Origin: an uncultured Gammaproteobacteria bacterium
GTDB taxonomy: Bacteria > Pseudomonadota > Gammaproteobacteria > UBA9214
Reading direction: 5' to 3'
Length of the DNA: 64,000 bases
Assembly: GCA_963773065.1 (NCBI GenBank)
Contig: CAVYZN010000023.1
Coordinates: 96,001-160,000, forward strand
Under the pieces are notes generated by a model, which was not told where the DNA came from, did not search any database, and saw only the letters and a program-made list of their open reading frames with translations. Both the position numbers and the translations under genes were made by a program. Shown here piece by piece: positions 61,624 to 64,000 of this stretch. Each line of letters starts with the position of its first letter. Position 1 is the first letter of the stretch.

Positions 61624-64000
61624 CTAGCCCGCCTTGTGAAAGACCACCGCCTCCACCTCGGGATAACGCGCGACGAAATGCACCGTCATGCCTTCCCGGA
61701 TAGGCTCCTGCAACTCCTCGAAATCCCCCCGGTTGGCCTCCGGCAGGATCAGTTCCCGCAGGCCGGTGCGTTTCGCCGCGATCACCTTTTCCTGGATGCC
61801 GCCGACCGGCAGCACGTCGCCGGTCAGGGTCAACTCCCCGGTCATCGCGAGCAGGCGCACCGGGCGCCGCCCGCGCGCCGTGGACAGGATCGCGGTGGCC
61901 ATGGTGATGCCCGCGCTGGGACCATCCTTGGGCGTCGCCCCGGCGGGCACGTGCAGGTGGATGAAGGCGTTCTGGAAATAATCCGGCCTGATGCCGAACT
62001 TCTCCGCGTTCGACAGGATATAGCTGTAGGCGATCTCGGCCGACTCGCGCATCACCTCGCCCAGTTGCCCGGTCAATTTCAGGCCGCGGCTGAAGCTATG
62101 GATGCGCGTCGCCTCCACCGTCAGCGTGGCCCCGCCCATGGCCGTCCACGCCAGTCCGGTGATCTTGCCCACCCCGCTGTTGCGCTTCTCCTTCTCGAAG
62201 ATCACCTTGCCGAGGTAAGCCTCGACATCGGCGGCCCTGACCACGATCGGGGCCGGCTCCCCTTGCAGCAGCTTCACCACCGCCTTGCGGACGATGGCGC
62301 CCAGGTATTTCTCCAGCCGGCGCACCCCGGCCTCGCGCGCATAGTCGTCGATGATCTTGCGCAGGGCGCCTTTCTCGATGCGCAACTGGCCGCGTTTCTT
62401 CAGACCCGCTTTCACCATCAGCTTCGGCAGCAGATGTTTCTCGGCGATCGCCAGCTTTTCATTGGCGAGATAGCCGGAGAGCTTGATGATCTCCGTGCGG
62501 TCCAGCAGCGGCGCCGGGATGGTGTCGAGCTGGTTGGCGGTGCAGATGAACAGCACCTTGGACAGATCGAAAGGAACGTCGAGGTAGTGGTCGAGAAAGT
62601 CCACGTTCTGTTCCGGATCCAGCACTTCGAGCAGCGCCGAGGCGGGATCGCCGTGGAAGGAGGCGCCGATCTTGTCGAGCTCGTCCAGCATGATCACCGG
62701 GTTGGCCGAGCCGGTGCTCTTGATGGCCTGGATGAACTTGCCGGGCATGGCGCCGATGTAGGTGCGGCGGTGGCCCTTGATCTCCGCCTCGTCGCGCATG
62801 CCCCCGAGCGAGAAGCGAAAGAACTTGCGCCCCAGGGCGCGCGCGATGGAATGGCCGAGCGAGGTCTTGCCGACGCCCGGCGGGCCGACGAACAGCAGAA
62901 TGGAGCCTCCCACCGCGCCTTTCATGATGCCGACGGCGAGAAATTCCAGGATGCGCTCCTTGACGTCTTTCAAGCCCTCGTGGTCCTGGTCGAGGATGCG
63001 GCGGGCCTGCTCCAGGTCCAGCGCATCCGGGGTGTGCTTGCCCCATGGCAGTTGCGTCAGCCAGTCGAGGTAGTTGCGGGTGACGGCGTATTCGGGTGAA
63101 CCCGTCTCCAGCAGGCCGAGTTTTTCCATCTCCTCGTTGAGCCGTTGCTGTACGGGTTCCGGCACGGTGAGCGCGGCGATGCGCTCGCGGAACTTGTCGA
63201 CTTCGGCGGTCTTGTCGTCCTTCGACAGCCCCAACTCTTTCTTGATCGCCTTCAACTGCTCGCGCAGGAAGAACTCCTTCTGGTGCGACTGGATCTCCGC
63301 CTCGACATGCTGGCGGATCTTCATCTGCGCTTTGGCGACCTCCAGTTCCTTGTTGATCAACCGCAGCACCTTCTCCAGGCGCGAAAGGATGTGCGTGGTC
63401 TCCAGCACTTCCTGCAGTTCCTCCTTGCCGGCCGTGGTCAGGCTGGCGGCGAAATCCGCCAGGTGGGAGGGATCATTCGGGCTGAAGTGCTCCAGGAAGA
63501 CCTTGAGTTCCTCGCCATAGAGGGGATTGAGCGGCACCAGTTCCTTGATGGTGTTGATGATGGCCACCGCATAGGCTTTGACCTCCTCGACATGCTCGTA
63601 CTGGGTCTCCGGGTAATAGCTGACCCGCACGCTGTACGGCGGCAGCTTCGAGGTCCACTGCTCGACCCGGAAGCGCTGCATGCCTTCCACCAGCACCTGC
63701 AGCTTGCCCTCGTCCTTCGTGACCCGGTGGATGCGGCAGGCCGTGCCCATGGTGTAGAAATCCTTGACCGTGGCCTCGTCCACGCGCTCCGGCCTGACCA
63801 GCAGCAGGCCGACGATGTCGTGGGGCGAGTCATGCACCGCCTTGATGGTCGCCTCCCAGGGATCGCTGTCCACCAGCAGCGGGGTCACCTGGCCGGGGAA
63901 GATGGGCCGGCTGCTCTGCGGCAGGATGTGGATGATGCCGGGAAGTACATCCCTGGCCCGGACGATCTCACCGGCAGGCGTCGCCTGCTCCGTTTCCTGG
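61624..64000 (-). CDS. lon: ATP-dependent protease Lon (5' end outside the window)
   Basis: LON N-domain RPIFPGQ, Walker [22 protein letters not shown], catalytic PKDGPSAG and GGIQEK. Confidence 0.96.
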   Translation of the reverse strand, partial: QETEQATPAGEIVRARDVLPGIIHILPQSSRPIFPGQVTPLLVDSDPWEATIKAVHDSPHDIVGLLLVRPERVDEATVKDFYTMGTACRIHRVTKDEGKLQVLVEGMQRFRVEQWTSKLPPYSVRVSYYPETQYEHVEEVKAYAVAIINTIKELVPLNPLYGEELKVFLEHFSPNDPSHLADFAASLTTAGKEELQEVLETTHILSRLEKVLRLINKELEVAKAQMKIRQHVEAEIQSHQKEFFLREQLKAIKKELGLSKDDKTAEVDKFRERIAALTVPEPVQQRLNEEMEKLGLLETGSPEYAVTRNYLDWLTQLPWGKHTPDALDLEQARRILDQDHEGLKDVKERILEFLAVGIMKGAVGGSILLFVGPPGVGKTSLGHSIARALGRKFFRFSLGGMRDEAEIKGHRRTYIGAMPGKFIQAIKSTGSANPVIMLDELDKIGASFHGDPASALLEVLDPEQNVDFLDHYLDVPFDLSKVLFICTANQLDTIPAPLLDRTEIIKLSGYLANEKLAIAEKHLLPKLMVKAGLKKRGQLRIEKGALRKIIDDYAREAGVRRLEKYLGAIVRKAVVKLLQGEPAPIVVRAADVEAYLGKVIFEKEKRNSGVGKITGLAWTAMGGATLTVEATRIHSFSRGLKLTGQLGEVMRESAEIAYSYILSNAEKFGIRPDYFQNAFIHLHVPAGATPKDGPSAGITMATAILSTARGRRPVRLLAMTGELTLTGDVLPVGGIQEKVIAAKRTGLRELILPEANRGDFEELQEPIREGMTVHFVARYPEVEAVVFHKAG

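Overview
GC-rich (roughly 60-68% by eye) gammaproteobacterial chromosomal segment, probably from a long-read assembly, because single-base indels break even essential genes (secG, grpE, nadK, dapB, htpX). A conserved backbone (tRNA-Leu, secG, tpiA | glmM, folP, ftsH, rlmE, greA, carAB, dapB, dnaJ, dnaK, grpE, hrcA, nadK, recN, fur, bamE, ratB, ratA, NSS transporter, smpB | htpX, lon) is interrupted by two accessory blocks. Block 1 is about 14 kb inserted between tpiA and glmM and looks like an immunity/conflict island. It holds a metacaspase missing its catalytic core, a ~1840-aa double alpha/beta-hydrolase-CHAT-TPR protein, a tandemly duplicated M15A peptidase, DUF4062-STAND-FGE, two TIR-FGE genes and a stand-alone RyR gene. 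Two of the three FGE genes end in a codon pattern typical of DGR variable regions, although no RT or template repeat is visible in the window. Block 2 is about 20 kb after smpB. It holds a LolA-like + MMPL-cNMP exporter pair and a cyanobacterial-type TpsA/TpsB-exported CHAT protease-CHASE2 cyclase-DUF928 module with an orphan Cys-rich exported protein. Two MITEs, REP-like palindromes, a CIRCE box and sigma32-type promoters are also visible. All calls come from motif recognition by eye; no database searches were run.
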